Sequence record: OR327751.1
DNA length: 53,268 nt
DNA from: Escherichia phage Ecp_YSF
Reading direction: 5' to 3' (one strand)
The notes beneath the pieces are model-generated. The model was given only the letters and a program-made list of their open reading frames with translations. It was not told the origin of the DNA and did not search any database. This document shows, in pieces, positions 10,041-19,882 of the stretch (the first letter of the stretch is position 1; each line of letters begins with the position of its first letter). The position numbers and the translations under genes were made by a program.

Positions 10041-10050
10041 GGAGTCGCTT

Positions 10051-10236
10051 ATGCGCACAATACAATGTCCTAACTGCCATTATGAAATTGCAGAAGATGA
10101 TTTCATAACGCAGCAATGTCCTATCTGTGATTCATACATGCCACTAAACCGCCTGTACTTAAAGGCCGATTCTGGTTTAGGCAGCATCATTCGCATCAAT
10201 CCCGTGCAAACTCAGCCATTAGTGGATTGTGATTAA
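10051..10236 (+). CDS. Small zinc-ribbon protein (61 aa)
   Basis: CPNCHYE ... CPICDS (two CxxC pairs); immediately upstream of terminase. Confidence 0.5.
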   Translation: MRTIQCPNCHYEIAEDDFITQQCPICDSYMPLNRLYLKADSGLGSIIRINPVQTQPLVDCD

Positions 10237-12274
10237 AAACAAAGAGAACGAATCAATGTCAAAGACTGATGACCTCGGACCGGAGTTTAATGATACAGTA
10301 GCCTCGTATCTTGCCAAGCACTACGGTGACGTATTAAAAGTCTCAAGAGAAAGATTCTGTATTCTATCTTTGCCATTGCTCCGTCGATATATTTCAGAAA
10401 ATACTGCAATAGTTGACAGCTATGAAGAACAAATTCAAGCAGAGTTAGAAGGCCAGGGTCTTGAAAACGATGCTGTATTGCGTTCCGTTTTCAGAGCACA
10501 ACTTGAGCGTCTTCGCTCTGGCGACAAGAAAGACTCGACTGCCTATGCAGATGAGTTGAAGAAAGGTATTCAAGCAGGTGTTACTGACCGTGTTGCAGGT
10601 TCCACATTAGAGGAGCCAAACTCGGAGCATGATAACACCGAGGAACTTGTAGACAAGATTCTGCATGACCCACATAACGTGGACCCAACTGTAATCCCTG
10701 CCAAGGTTGCAGAACGTGTTCGCAAAATCTTGATGAAAAGTTTCGAAGCCTTTGGTAAATGGCAGTTCCATATTCAGATGGGATTTCCATTTCAAGCACA
10801 AGACTTTCATGATGTAATATTCAGTGTTGGTCAGAAGGTTGTTGATGGTGAGATTGACCGCTTAATAGTGACCATTCCTCCACGACACTCTAAGACTCAG
10901 CTTATGAGTATTGCATTGCCCTTGTATTCATTTTGCCACAATGAATCGAGCCATAACATTATCACCTCGTATGCAGAAGACGTTGTTCTTGAATCGAGTG
11001 GTTACATCCGTGCTGTAATGATGGACCCACTGTTCCAACGAATATTCCCGAAGGTGAGAATCGACCCTAACAAACGTTCACTTGAACGCTGGGGTACAAC
11101 CAAAGCTGGAGTTATGCACGCAGTACCTACTGGTGGTAAGCTAACTGGTAAAGGTGCTGGACTTCTTGTTGCAAAATATTCCGGCTGTTTCGTGGTGGAT
11201 GACGTTATCAAGCCGAAAGATGCCTACTCTGACACAGTTCGAGCAGAAATCAACGACCGATTTGATAACACCTTTATGTCACGTCTTGCCAACGATGGTT
11301 GCATAACTGATTCGTACGGAAACCAAATTAAGTGTGCCCGTACACCAATGGTTATCATCATGCAGCGAGTTCATGACCAGGATTTAGTTGGTTACATACT
11401 CCGTGGTGGCTCTTCTGATAAATACCATTATCTCAATATCCCAGCGATTATTGAGAAAGGAGTTGGAAGTGCTGAGTGGTATGATAAGTTAATCAAGAAG
11501 CAGAACTACACTCATGCTATTCCCATTCTGTATAATTTGAACAGGAAGGAAGAGAAGTCTGCATTATGGCCTTCACGTAAGAGCTTAGAATCCCTGGAGG
11601 CAATGAAAGAGTCTAACCCATACACATACAATTCACAGTATGCTGGCGACCCATCTGCACAAGGCCACGGCCTTATCAAAGAAGATTGGTGGCAAGAGTA
11701 TGAGCCAGACGTTTTCGACAGAAGTCGCATAGTCAGAAGTTTTATTACAGCGGATACGGCATCAACTGCCAAATCCTATTCTGATTATTCGGTCCTTAAG
11801 CATTGGGGCGTGACTAAAGAGCGTGATGTTTATTGTTTAGATATTATGCTCGGTAAGTTTGAAACTCCAGAACTCAAGACTGCTATCATCGACTTCTGGA
11901 ACAAATGCAACAAGTTGGACTTGAAGTGTGTAGGCTGTATTCCTCGTGCATTGTACATGGAAGACAAGTCTGCCGGACAATTCTTGAACCAACAATTTAT
12001 CAGAGATGGGAGTGTCCGAGTTTTACCATTGCCTCGTGATGGGATTAATGGTAATGACAAGGTAACTCGATTCCTTAACGCAATCCCATATTTCTCACAA
12101 AAGAGAATATTCTTCCCTGCTGGTCATGAACACATCGACCACGTTAGACGTGAAATACTTGGATTCACTTCTTTGGGTAGTGGTACTGGACACGACGATT
12201 GTGTCGATAACGTTTCAGATATGGTTGCAATCGAATTCTCAGGCCCAAGTGCCAACTACTCCGCATGGATGTAA
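10229..12274 (+). CDS. Terminase large subunit
   Basis: ATPase motifs IPPRHSKTQ (Walker A-like) and GCFVVDD (Walker B); C-terminal nuclease-like region with ITADTAST and GHDDCVD. Start ambiguous (GTG 10229 or ATG 10256). Long N-terminal extension of about 190 aa. Confidence 0.75.
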   Translation: MIKNKENESMSKTDDLGPEFNDTVASYLAKHYGDVLKVSRERFCILSLPLLRRYISENTAIVDSYEEQIQAELEGQGLENDAVLRSVFRAQLERLRSGDKKDSTAYADELKKGIQAGVTDRVAGSTLEEPNSEHDNTEELVDKILHDPHNVDPTVIPAKVAERVRKILMKSFEAFGKWQFHIQMGFPFQAQDFHDVIFSVGQKVVDGEIDRLIVTIPPRHSKTQLMSIALPLYSFCHNESSHNIITSYAEDVVLESSGYIRAVMMDPLFQRIFPKVRIDPNKRSLERWGTTKAGVMHAVPTGGKLTGKGAGLLVAKYSGCFVVDDVIKPKDAYSDTVRAEINDRFDNTFMSRLANDGCITDSYGNQIKCARTPMVIIMQRVHDQDLVGYILRGGSSDKYHYLNIPAIIEKGVGSAEWYDKLIKKQNYTHAIPILYNLNRKEEKSALWPSRKSLESLEAMKESNPYTYNSQYAGDPSAQGHGLIKEDWWQEYEPDVFDRSRIVRSFITADTASTAKSYSDYSVLKHWGVTKERDVYCLDIMLGKFETPELKTAIIDFWNKCNKLDLKCVGCIPRALYMEDKSAGQFLNQQFIRDGSVRVLPLPRDGINGNDKVTRFLNAIPYFSQKRIFFPAGHEHIDHVRREILGFTSLGSGTGHDDCVDNVSDMVAIEFSGPSANYSAWM

Positions 12275-12489
12275 ATATGGCGGTTATCACTCGTTTAGAT
12301 GCCCGCTCACGCAAGAACAACTCCTTCCAGATTCAAGATTTGGAAGGAAACATTTTATGTGTGATTGAGGCAGTTTCTACCACAGAGAGCGACTGTGTTA
12401 AGTTAAAGCACGAGTCAAATCTGCGACTCCACACCTCCGACAACATTCAAATTGTTAAGGGTAATGGAACTATTCTAAGGAAGAAATAA
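12265..12489 (+). CDS. Hypothetical protein (74 aa)
   Basis: ATG overlaps terminase stop; no motif. Confidence 0.35.
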   Translation: MDVNMAVITRLDARSRKNNSFQIQDLEGNILCVIEAVSTTESDCVKLKHESNLRLHTSDNIQIVKGNGTILRKK

Positions 12490-13805
12490 TGACTTCCAAG
12501 AAGAAAAACAATCTTTCTGTTAAAGTTGCAGATGGGTTAGAAAACCTCGTAACAGGGTTGGGCGGTCAGGCAGATAAGTCCACTTTTAACCAGTGGACTT
12601 TCTCAAACAAGAACGCGAACTATCGCGAACTTATGAACCGCTTCCGTGAGGACTGGGTTGCACAGAAAGTGTGTACCGTCATTCCTCAGGACATGACGCG
12701 TAAGTGGCGACATATTGATACCGAAGAAGGACGCAAAGCGGATAAGAAACTTCGTATCCGTAAGCTGTTCCGTGAAGCATATCAATGGGCCAGATTGTAT
12801 GGTACTTCATTTGTTCTGCTCGACCTGAAAGGTACGGGCAAACTTGATACACCATTGCGACTGGATAACTTGAAGACTGGATGTATTAAATCCATGAGAG
12901 TTATTGACCGCTCGCGCTTATTTGCCGCAGGGACTATGGTTCTGGACCCTATGAGTCCTCACTATGGTTTGCCAGAGTATTACACTTTGGCTGGATATCC
13001 CGGCTATATCCACTACACTCGTTTTCTTCGGTTCGAGGGTACTGAACTGCCGCTGTTCGAATTCCAACGTAACATGTGGTATTCCGATTCGGTACTTATT
13101 CCACTGCTGAAAACGATTGACCAATTCTACACAACTGCCGCTGCTGCTGCCAGCCTTGCCCAAGAAGCCACCATTGATGTGGTAACTGTTGAAGGCTTAC
13201 AATCTCTGCTTACATCACCGGAAGGTGAAGCTGCTGTGATGAAGCGCTTCAAACTTATGAAGCTGGCAAAGAGTATTTATAACGTCTTAATTCTCGACAA
13301 CACTGAGAAGTATGACACCAAGTCAATTGCACTATCTGGTGTGAAAGATTTGATTTGGGAATACTTAAAGATAGTTGCTGCCGCAGTTGGTATTCCGGCT
13401 ACACGTTTCCTTTCTGCATCTCCAGACGGTATGAACGCTACGGGCGAATCTGACCTCGTAAACTATATCGACTTGTTGACAGGCTTGCAGACTTCTGTGT
13501 TCGACCCTCGTTTAGATGTGGTAGACAAGATTGTCCAGGCGCACTTTGGCATCGAAGAATATGACTACGAATGGTTAGATATCTTCCCTGAATCCAATGT
13601 TGAGAAAGCGAAGCGAGCTAAAGATTTGGCATTCGCTGTTGACCTGCTGGTTAACAATGGCACTATAACTACCGAAGTTGCAAACGAAGTCATGTTCCAT
13701 TCGGGCGTGTTCGGAACTTGTGACCTTGGCAAGCCAAATCCTAATCCTCCTAACATCCAAAAGGGTAACGCAAGTGAAGCAAAACCAAAACCTGGTTCAG
13801 CTTAA
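12489..13805 (+). CDS. Portal protein
   Basis: 438-aa ORF directly after terminase and before head genes; composition typical of portal proteins. Assigned by position and size, not by a specific motif. Confidence 0.6.
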   Translation: MTSKKKNNLSVKVADGLENLVTGLGGQADKSTFNQWTFSNKNANYRELMNRFREDWVAQKVCTVIPQDMTRKWRHIDTEEGRKADKKLRIRKLFREAYQWARLYGTSFVLLDLKGTGKLDTPLRLDNLKTGCIKSMRVIDRSRLFAAGTMVLDPMSPHYGLPEYYTLAGYPGYIHYTRFLRFEGTELPLFEFQRNMWYSDSVLIPLLKTIDQFYTTAAAAASLAQEATIDVVTVEGLQSLLTSPEGEAAVMKRFKLMKLAKSIYNVLILDNTEKYDTKSIALSGVKDLIWEYLKIVAAAVGIPATRFLSASPDGMNATGESDLVNYIDLLTGLQTSVFDPRLDVVDKIVQAHFGIEEYDYEWLDIFPESNVEKAKRAKDLAFAVDLLVNNGTITTEVANEVMFHSGVFGTCDLGKPNPNPPNIQKGNASEAKPKPGSA

Positions 13806-14838
13806 CGACGAAGATACCGTGAATGAAGTAGTTTTGTTGAACGACAAGGCTACTTTGACGACCCGTCGTTTACGTGACTCTGGCGAGATGATTGCAGAAT
13901 GCACCATCGCTCGTACTGGCATTATGCTGTACAAGGCGAAAGAACTTGGTGAAATCGCAAAACATCTAGACCCAGAATCTATTTGCCGTGTTCGTACCAA
14001 GCCGGAAGTATTATTTGACGAAGCAACCATCGAAGGCTGTCGTTCAATTCCGGTAACTATCGGCCATCCGAAAAATGATGTTAACATCAAGAACAACAAA
14101 GAACTCCAGAAAGGGTTCATCGAAGGGCGTCCAGTTGCAGACGGTTCTTTCTTGGCTGCATCAATCGTTTTGAATGACGAGCAAGCTATTCGATTAGTTG
14201 ATTCTGGTGTTGACCAAATCTCCTTGGGCCATAATGCCGAACTGGCTGTATCAGAAGATGATGAAGCCGACTTCGATAAAGTTCGCATTATCCCTAACCA
14301 TGCTGCAATTGTTGTTCGTGGTCGTGCTCAGACTACTCGCATTGGTGACTCTGGTGAAGAGATTGCCATTGTTGATAAGGCAACCTTTGACGTTGTTGAA
14401 GCAGAGCGTGATGCAGCGCTTGACAAGATTAGCGTCCTTGAACAGAAACTTGCTGATGCAGAAACTGCACGACTATCCGATGAAGCTATCCAGGCTGAGG
14501 TAGACAAACGTGTAGTTGCTCGTACAGCATTGCTTGTTGATGTGGCCCGTCTTGGCGACGAGTTCTCCAACCTCGATTTCTCCGGCAAGACCGATGCGGA
14601 AATTAAGTTGGCTGTAGTTAATAAATTGCATGACAAGGATTTCAGCGATAAGAGCGAAGACTATATCTCCGCCCGTTTCGATGCAGCTCTTGAAGATTGC
14701 GATTCCATTACTTTGGGAGATGCCCTGAATCAGTCTATGCAATTCTCTGCTAAGAAAGATTCAGAAGCTCGTAAACCTAAAGTTTCTATTTCCGAAGAAG
14801 CTAACAAACGTCGTTTAGAACGCTTCAACTCTTTATAA
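13774..14838 (+). CDS. Head scaffolding / head morphogenesis protein
   Basis: C-terminal half is charged and coiled-coil-like (LEQKLADAETARLSDEAIQAEVDKR). Start ambiguous: track ORF begins 13678 inside portal; GTG 13774, GTG 13819 or ATG 13888 are possible. Confidence 0.45.
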   Translation: MKQNQNLVQLNDEDTVNEVVLLNDKATLTTRRLRDSGEMIAECTIARTGIMLYKAKELGEIAKHLDPESICRVRTKPEVLFDEATIEGCRSIPVTIGHPKNDVNIKNNKELQKGFIEGRPVADGSFLAASIVLNDEQAIRLVDSGVDQISLGHNAELAVSEDDEADFDKVRIIPNHAAIVVRGRAQTTRIGDSGEEIAIVDKATFDVVEAERDAALDKISVLEQKLADAETARLSDEAIQAEVDKRVVARTALLVDVARLGDEFSNLDFSGKTDAEIKLAVVNKLHDKDFSDKSEDYISARFDAALEDCDSITLGDALNQSMQFSAKKDSEARKPKVSISEEANKRRLERFNSL

Positions 14839-14847
14839 GGTAAGACA

Positions 14848-15321
14848 ATGCCAAAGCAAGATTGGTCTATTAATACTGGTGAAGCATATGCAGGTGAACA
14901 ATATGGCCTGGCTACCACCAACTCCCAGCGCCTGACCTACGTTGCCGAAGAAGAAATGGCAAACTTTGGTCTGGCTGTTGTTCAAGGTACAGCTTCTAAT
15001 CAGGTTAAACCTGGTATTGGTTCTGATGGCACTGTTCTGGGCATTACCATGCGCCAGATTAATATCGAATCCGCTACTCGTCCTGGTGACGGTACTGTTG
15101 CAATCAAAGTTGGCTGGCCTCTGGGTGTTATGCTGTCTGGCCCAATCATGGTCAAACTGAAAACTGCAATCACCGACAAGAACATTGGCGTATCCACTAA
15201 AGGCGAATTTGGCGGTGTTGGTGCTGGGTATACTAAAGCAACCAACCTGACTGCCCTGCGTTATCCGGCTTCCGCTGGCGATGTTGTCCCGGTCATGATT
15301 AACGTAGTCCCAAAGCCGTAA
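14848..15321 (+). CDS. Small head protein (putative decoration protein), zero-frame product
   Basis: 157 aa, Gly/Val-rich, immediately upstream of major capsid gene; ends 4 nt after a CCCAAAG slippery heptamer. Confidence 0.5.
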   Translation: MPKQDWSINTGEAYAGEQYGLATTNSQRLTYVAEEEMANFGLAVVQGTASNQVKPGIGSDGTVLGITMRQINIESATRPGDGTVAIKVGWPLGVMLSGPIMVKLKTAITDKNIGVSTKGEFGGVGAGYTKATNLTALRYPASAGDVVPVMINVVPKP

Positions 15322-15614
15322 CGCCACCTCCAGCCCCTACAGTATCTGCTGTAGCTGGAGTTGTAACGGCTGATGCGTCTTCTACTGATGCCACTGTAAC
15401 TGTAGACAAGCTGTTCAAGTTTGGGAACTCTACAGCAACAGATTATAACTTCGCTGTTACACCTCCTGTGACTGGTGTTTCTGTGGCGGCAAACGGCACT
15501 GTGACTGTCTTGAATGAGACGACCACAGAGACTTCTGCTACAATTAAGGCAACAAACAAAACAACCTCTAGCGTAACTGCGACCAAAGAAATTACCATTA
15601 CGCCGAAGGCTTAA
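15309..15614 (+). other. Predicted -1 programmed frameshift site and Ig-like C-terminal extension of the upstream head protein
   Basis: Heptamer C_CCA_AAG at 15309-15315; -1 frame open from 15303 to TAA at 15612-15614 with no usable start codon; encodes about 100 aa rich in T/S/V/A. Hairpin CCAGC..TACAG/CTGTA..GCTGG at 15330-15358. Confidence 0.5.
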
Positions 15615-15669
15615 GTTGCAATGGCGCAATTAATGGTTGCGCCTCATCAAACAAAACGGATTAATTTAC

Positions 15670-16677
15670 ATGCCTAAGATGATTAAACTGGCGGACGGTT
15701 CTGAATTTGAACTGAACGACGCTATCACCCGTATTCAGGATTCTGGCACTGTTGTCCTGAATGACGACGATGCAGTATTCTTTCAACGCCAGCTTGAGTT
15801 CATTGAAGCTCAAACTTACGACACTCTGTATCCAGAACTGGAAGCTCGTGCTGCTTTCGGTGTGGACACCACTGGTGGCGCTGGCGTAAACACTCTGACC
15901 TACCGTTCCTACAACCATGTTGGCAAAGCCCAGGTAATTAACGCCCGTGCAACCGACCTGCCGAAGTCCAGCATTTCTGGTAAAGAATACAGCATCCCTG
16001 TTAAATCAGTTGGTACTGCATTCGACTACGATATTGACGAAGTAGCGTCTGCTGCTGTTACTGGCCTCCCGCTGGAAACTCGTAAAGCGAATGCTGCTAT
16101 TCGTGGTTACGAGCAGTATGTTAACTCTGCTGCATGGTACGGCGATAAAGCTAACGGCTTTGTTGGCTTCTTCGAAAACCCAGACATTACCAAAGCAACT
16201 GTTGCTCAGGGTGCTGGTGGTTCTACCAAGTGGGCCGAGAAGACCCCGACCGAAGTTATTGCCGACCTGACTGCTGCTGTGTCTGCAATGTATGCTTCTA
16301 CTCTGAAAATTATGCGCCCGGATGAAATCTGGATGCCTGTTGAGCATGAGCAGTACATCTTCAACACTGCACGTTCTGAACAGTCTGATAAGACGATTGG
16401 TCAGTTCTTCATTGACAACAACCAGTTCATCAACTCCCGCGATAAAATCAAGGGTCTGAACGCAATCAAAGGTCACGGCGATTCTGGCTCCGATTGCTTC
16501 GTTGTTGTTTGCCGCAATGCAATGGGCAACCGTACTTTCCGTCTGCGTGAGCCTCTGCCACTGACCTGGCAACCGGTACAGCTTCATGGTCTGGTTTATG
16601 AAGTTCCTGGCCGTGGTCGTTTCGCTGGCTTCCAAGCGATGTACCCGGCAGCAATCTCCATCAACTCCGGCATCTGA
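15670..16677 (+). CDS. Major capsid protein
   Basis: About 335 aa, directly after scaffold and decoration genes. ATG at 15670 preferred over the track's 15637 alternative start. Confidence 0.7.
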   Translation: MPKMIKLADGSEFELNDAITRIQDSGTVVLNDDDAVFFQRQLEFIEAQTYDTLYPELEARAAFGVDTTGGAGVNTLTYRSYNHVGKAQVINARATDLPKSSISGKEYSIPVKSVGTAFDYDIDEVASAAVTGLPLETRKANAAIRGYEQYVNSAAWYGDKANGFVGFFENPDITKATVAQGAGGSTKWAEKTPTEVIADLTAAVSAMYASTLKIMRPDEIWMPVEHEQYIFNTARSEQSDKTIGQFFIDNNQFINSRDKIKGLNAIKGHGDSGSDCFVVVCRNAMGNRTFRLREPLPLTWQPVQLHGLVYEVPGRGRFAGFQAMYPAAISINSGI

Positions 16678-16683
16678 TAAATA

Positions 16684-16703
16684 GGGCGGGACTGTTCTCG
16701 CCC
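16684..16703 (+). terminator. Hairpin after capsid gene (possible terminator or stability element)
   Basis: GGGCG ... CGCCC with wobble-extended stem; no U-tract. Confidence 0.3.
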
Positions 16704-16723
16704 ATAACTTAAGAGAAATAGTA

Positions 16724-17164
16724 ATGCAGATTAAGAACAACGAATCACGCAACCTTCAATTCTTCTTCTATAAGAAGGGAAAGTCTGGCAAATCTGAACT
16801 GGACTTTGTTCACATTCCTGGTGGCGCAACTGTAGAAATCGATGACGAAATCTACAAATCTCTTACGGCATCTCTGACGGAAGTTGAAGAACTGCGCGAA
16901 GAAGTGGTTCCGCTTGATGACGAGAATATCGGTGCTTCTGTTAAGACTGGTAAAGAAGCTCTTGTCATTAAAGAGTATTACAGCACTGGCAAAACTCGCA
17001 AAGTCAACCTGGTTAAAGAAGCAATCAAAGCTGGTTCTCTTACCATTGTTGAACGTGTGAAAGTTGGTATGCCTGACATTGATGCTATTCTGACTAAGAA
17101 TGGTATTGATATTAAGGGTATGCCGGAAGACGTTAAACTGGCACTCTACGATAAGTTGGCGTAA
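16724..17164 (+). CDS. Hypothetical virion or morphogenesis protein (146 aa)
   Basis: Tightly packed between capsid and tail genes. Confidence 0.4.
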   Translation: MQIKNNESRNLQFFFYKKGKSGKSELDFVHIPGGATVEIDDEIYKSLTASLTEVEELREEVVPLDDENIGASVKTGKEALVIKEYYSTGKTRKVNLVKEAIKAGSLTIVERVKVGMPDIDAILTKNGIDIKGMPEDVKLALYDKLA

Positions 17165-17554
17165 ATGATAACACTAACCGATTTGGTGAAACGTTATCCG
17201 GCTATGGCTGACATGACCCAAGCACGTTTTGACATTTTAATTGAAGATGCAAAACTTGTGATGGGAACAATCGAATCGCGTTGGTGTGGGTTTTATGACC
17301 CAGCTATGGCATCACTTGTCGCGCACTGGTCTTCAACAATTGATGACTTAATGCCCGGTGATGCCGCAATGCCAGCTATGCCTGTAAGTCGTACTGATGT
17401 AGACGATGTTCAGGTAGAGTTCAGCGACCGAATCATTTCGACTATCCCATATATCGAAGCTGATTTCATGTCAACCGTGTACGGTCAACGTTATTTACAA
17501 TGGCGGCGCATGGCATTTGCTGGGCCGAGGGTAAGCCCTGGGTCACAGTTTTGA
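17165..17554 (+). CDS. Hypothetical head-tail joining protein (129 aa)
   Basis: Position in head-completion block; ATG overlaps previous stop. Confidence 0.4.
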   Translation: MITLTDLVKRYPAMADMTQARFDILIEDAKLVMGTIESRWCGFYDPAMASLVAHWSSTIDDLMPGDAAMPAMPVSRTDVDDVQVEFSDRIISTIPYIEADFMSTVYGQRYLQWRRMAFAGPRVSPGSQF

Positions 17555-17916
17555 TTAATCAACGCCTAGCTTTCAACAGGTACACAACCACGGGTCGTCC
17601 TACTCTTGCAGTATATGTAGAGGGTCACTACGACAATCTTAATAATTGGGTGGAAGATTCTTGGGAACCTCCAAAGAAATTCCGCTGTACTCCTATCGCA
17701 TATGGGGACAGGGATTCGGGCGTAGCTGGACAACAGCTTAAAGCAACGGATGTTGGCGAGCGTCAACCAGCATTCATGAAGATTCATAGTCGTACTGAGA
17801 TGCCGATGAAATCAATCATCACTGTTTATGGCATTCAGTATAAAGTTATAGCAATAAACGATTATGAAGATGCCGGATTCTTCTCTGTAATTGCTGCCCG
17901 CGTACTGGAGAAGTGA
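17500..17916 (+). CDS. Hypothetical head-tail joining protein
   Basis: Start ambiguous (ATG 17500 overlapping upstream gene, or TTG 17551). Confidence 0.35.
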   Translation: MAAHGICWAEGKPWVTVLINQRLAFNRYTTTGRPTLAVYVEGHYDNLNNWVEDSWEPPKKFRCTPIAYGDRDSGVAGQQLKATDVGERQPAFMKIHSRTEMPMKSIITVYGIQYKVIAINDYEDAGFFSVIAARVLEK

Positions 17917-18431
17917 TGGATATTCGACTCGAAGAACTACAATCCATGAAGGAGATTGTAGATGTGTGTGTAGGTATTCCGAAGTTTACCTACAACATGC
18001 AAATTAATGCTCCCAGACCTCATGGCGAGTATGCCGCAATCAAATGTCTATCAAGCACCAATCCGGGCTTTGACGAAAACAGAATAGTAACCATTAACGG
18101 TGAAGAGATGTTTCGTACCCGTGGCGTGCGCATCCTGACGTTTGCAATAATGTTTTCTCGTGAGGGTGATGAATTTATCAAGTTTGATAATTCGTTTTAC
18201 CGTCCCGATGTTCAAGCCAAATTGAAGCAGGAGAAGTTTGCTGCTCTTGGTAAAGAACCTTTAAATCTTGCCACCATACAAATGGAAACCAATTGGGAAG
18301 TTCGCCAAGCGGTTAAAATGCAATTCAATATTATACGTGAAGATTTGAGTCCTATTGGGGTCATGTCTGGCGCATATGTTGGTGGCAACTTCTATGATGG
18401 TAATTCACTCATCACAACCAAAAAGGTTTAA
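17916..18431 (+). CDS. Hypothetical tail completion / terminator protein (171 aa)
   Basis: ATG overlapping upstream stop (TGATG); position just before sheath gene. Confidence 0.4.
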   Translation: MDIRLEELQSMKEIVDVCVGIPKFTYNMQINAPRPHGEYAAIKCLSSTNPGFDENRIVTINGEEMFRTRGVRILTFAIMFSREGDEFIKFDNSFYRPDVQAKLKQEKFAALGKEPLNLATIQMETNWEVRQAVKMQFNIIREDLSPIGVMSGAYVGGNFYDGNSLITTKKV

Positions 18432-18433
18432 TA

Positions 18434-19882
18434 ATGTCAATCCCAATTTCTGACTTAGTTCAGGTTGATATCGCAATCTCCCCGAACGCCATTGCGACTG
18501 ATGGTTTTGGGCCATTGCTCTTCATGAGCAAAGAGTTTGTACCATCTGTTGATATATATCCAGTTCGTTCTTACACCAGTTTGAAAGAAGTTCTGGCAGA
18601 TTTCCCTGGTGGCGAGATTGCCAAAGCTGCTACCACTTGGTACTCGCAGAAACCGACTCCGAAGACTTTCCTGGTCGGCGCTATCAAGAATGATACAATG
18701 ACTCCAGCAACTCCTGCCACTGTTACTGCTGCATCTGCTGGTGTACTGTCAACGATTAAGCTGGAAACTGCTGCAACCCTACAGTTGAGTGTTAGTGGTG
18801 TTCAGTATGTCACTGACCCGATTAACTTCTCTTCTGCCGGAGATTTTGAAGAAGTTGCAACCCTGGTGACTACTGCACTGTCTTCTGTTGGTGCTGGCGT
18901 AACTGTTACTCAAGATGCTGGCAAGTTTAAGCTGACTACCTCTGCAACTGGCGCTAACGCAACTATCAGCAACGTTGGTGGTAAAGTTGGGGAAGTGTTG
19001 AAGCTGCAATCTTCCGACAATGCAGTCACTGTTGATGGCAAGAACGAGTTGTCTATTTCCTCCGACCTGGCTGCCATTGCGGATGCTCCATTTAACTTCT
19101 TCTATGTGGGCCTTGACCGCAAGTATCGTGGCAAGTTTACTCCGGTAGACAACCAAATGTCTGTGGCGAAGTGGTGCGAAGCATCCAGCAAAGTATTTGG
19201 CTGGGGCGACAGCGACAAGAATATTCTTATCAACGGCACTAACAACAGTTTCCGCCGCGCTAAGAACCAGAACCTGCGTAACACTCTGTGTGTTTACGAT
19301 GCTTCTACAAATGGTGACGAATATCCGGAAATTTCTATTCTGGGTCGTGCATCAACTGTCAACTTTAATGTTGCAAACTCTGTCCTCACTCTGGCATATA
19401 AGAAAGGTCCAGGTGTTGCCACTGCTGACTTATCTTCTGGCCAGTTGAGCGCACTACTTTCTTGTGGCGGTAACGCATTCATCTCCGTTGCTGGCAACGT
19501 AATGTTCTACAACGGCCGTATGGCTGACGGTACGTGGTTCGACTCCGTACAAGGTGTTGAATGGCTTACCCAGAAAGTTCGACTGAATGTGTTCAACTTG
19601 TTCTACACCTCCAATACCAAGATTCCTTGGACAGACACTGGTGTAGCAATGGTTAACCAGCAAGTAACCCTGGCGCTCGAACTCGCTAAGACTAACGGCC
19701 TCATTGCCCCTGGCTACGATAACGAAGGCGTCTTCTACCCAGAAGGCTACAAAGTTATCTCCACTCCGTTAGAACTCTTGCAGTCGCAGAAGGGTGAACG
19801 TATTTGGGAAGGTACTTCCTTTATTGCTATCGGTTCCGGTGCAATCCAGGGTGCTGTAATCTCTGGCAACTTCATTCAGTAA
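18434..19882 (+). CDS. Tail sheath protein
   Basis: 482 aa, first gene of the sheath-tube-chaperone-tape measure block. Confidence 0.5.
   Translation: MSIPISDLVQVDIAISPNAIATDGFGPLLFMSKEFVPSVDIYPVRSYTSLKEVLADFPGGEIAKAATTWYSQKPTPKTFLVGAIKNDTMTPATPATVTAASAGVLSTIKLETAATLQLSVSGVQYVTDPINFSSAGDFEEVATLVTTALSSVGAGVTVTQDAGKFKLTTSATGANATISNVGGKVGEVLKLQSSDNAVTVDGKNELSISSDLAAIADAPFNFFYVGLDRKYRGKFTPVDNQMSVAKWCEASSKVFGWGDSDKNILINGTNNSFRRAKNQNLRNTLCVYDASTNGDEYPEISILGRASTVNFNVANSVLTLAYKKGPGVATADLSSGQLSALLSCGGNAFISVAGNVMFYNGRMADGTWFDSVQGVEWLTQKVRLNVFNLFYTSNTKIPWTDTGVAMVNQQVTLALELAKTNGLIAPGYDNEGVFYPEGYKVISTPLELLQSQKGERIWEGTSFIAIGSGAIQGAVISGNFIQ

Noticed and set aside
13678-13805. Track start at 13678 for the scaffold-like gene, and similar long 5' overlaps (8374, 17500, 25786, 43531, 47071, 48796, 49170, 49492)
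   Set aside because: These starts would create 50-130-nt overlaps with the upstream gene; in each case a downstream in-frame start with a plausible RBS or a TAATG/ATGA junction exists, so the shorter gene model was preferred. Confidence in the exact start is low.
15322-15614. The Ig-like coding stretch as an independent gene
   Set aside because: No ATG/GTG/TTG start gives a product of 60 aa or more in that frame, and a canonical slippery heptamer lies exactly at the frame junction; a frameshift extension is the more economical reading, though unproven.
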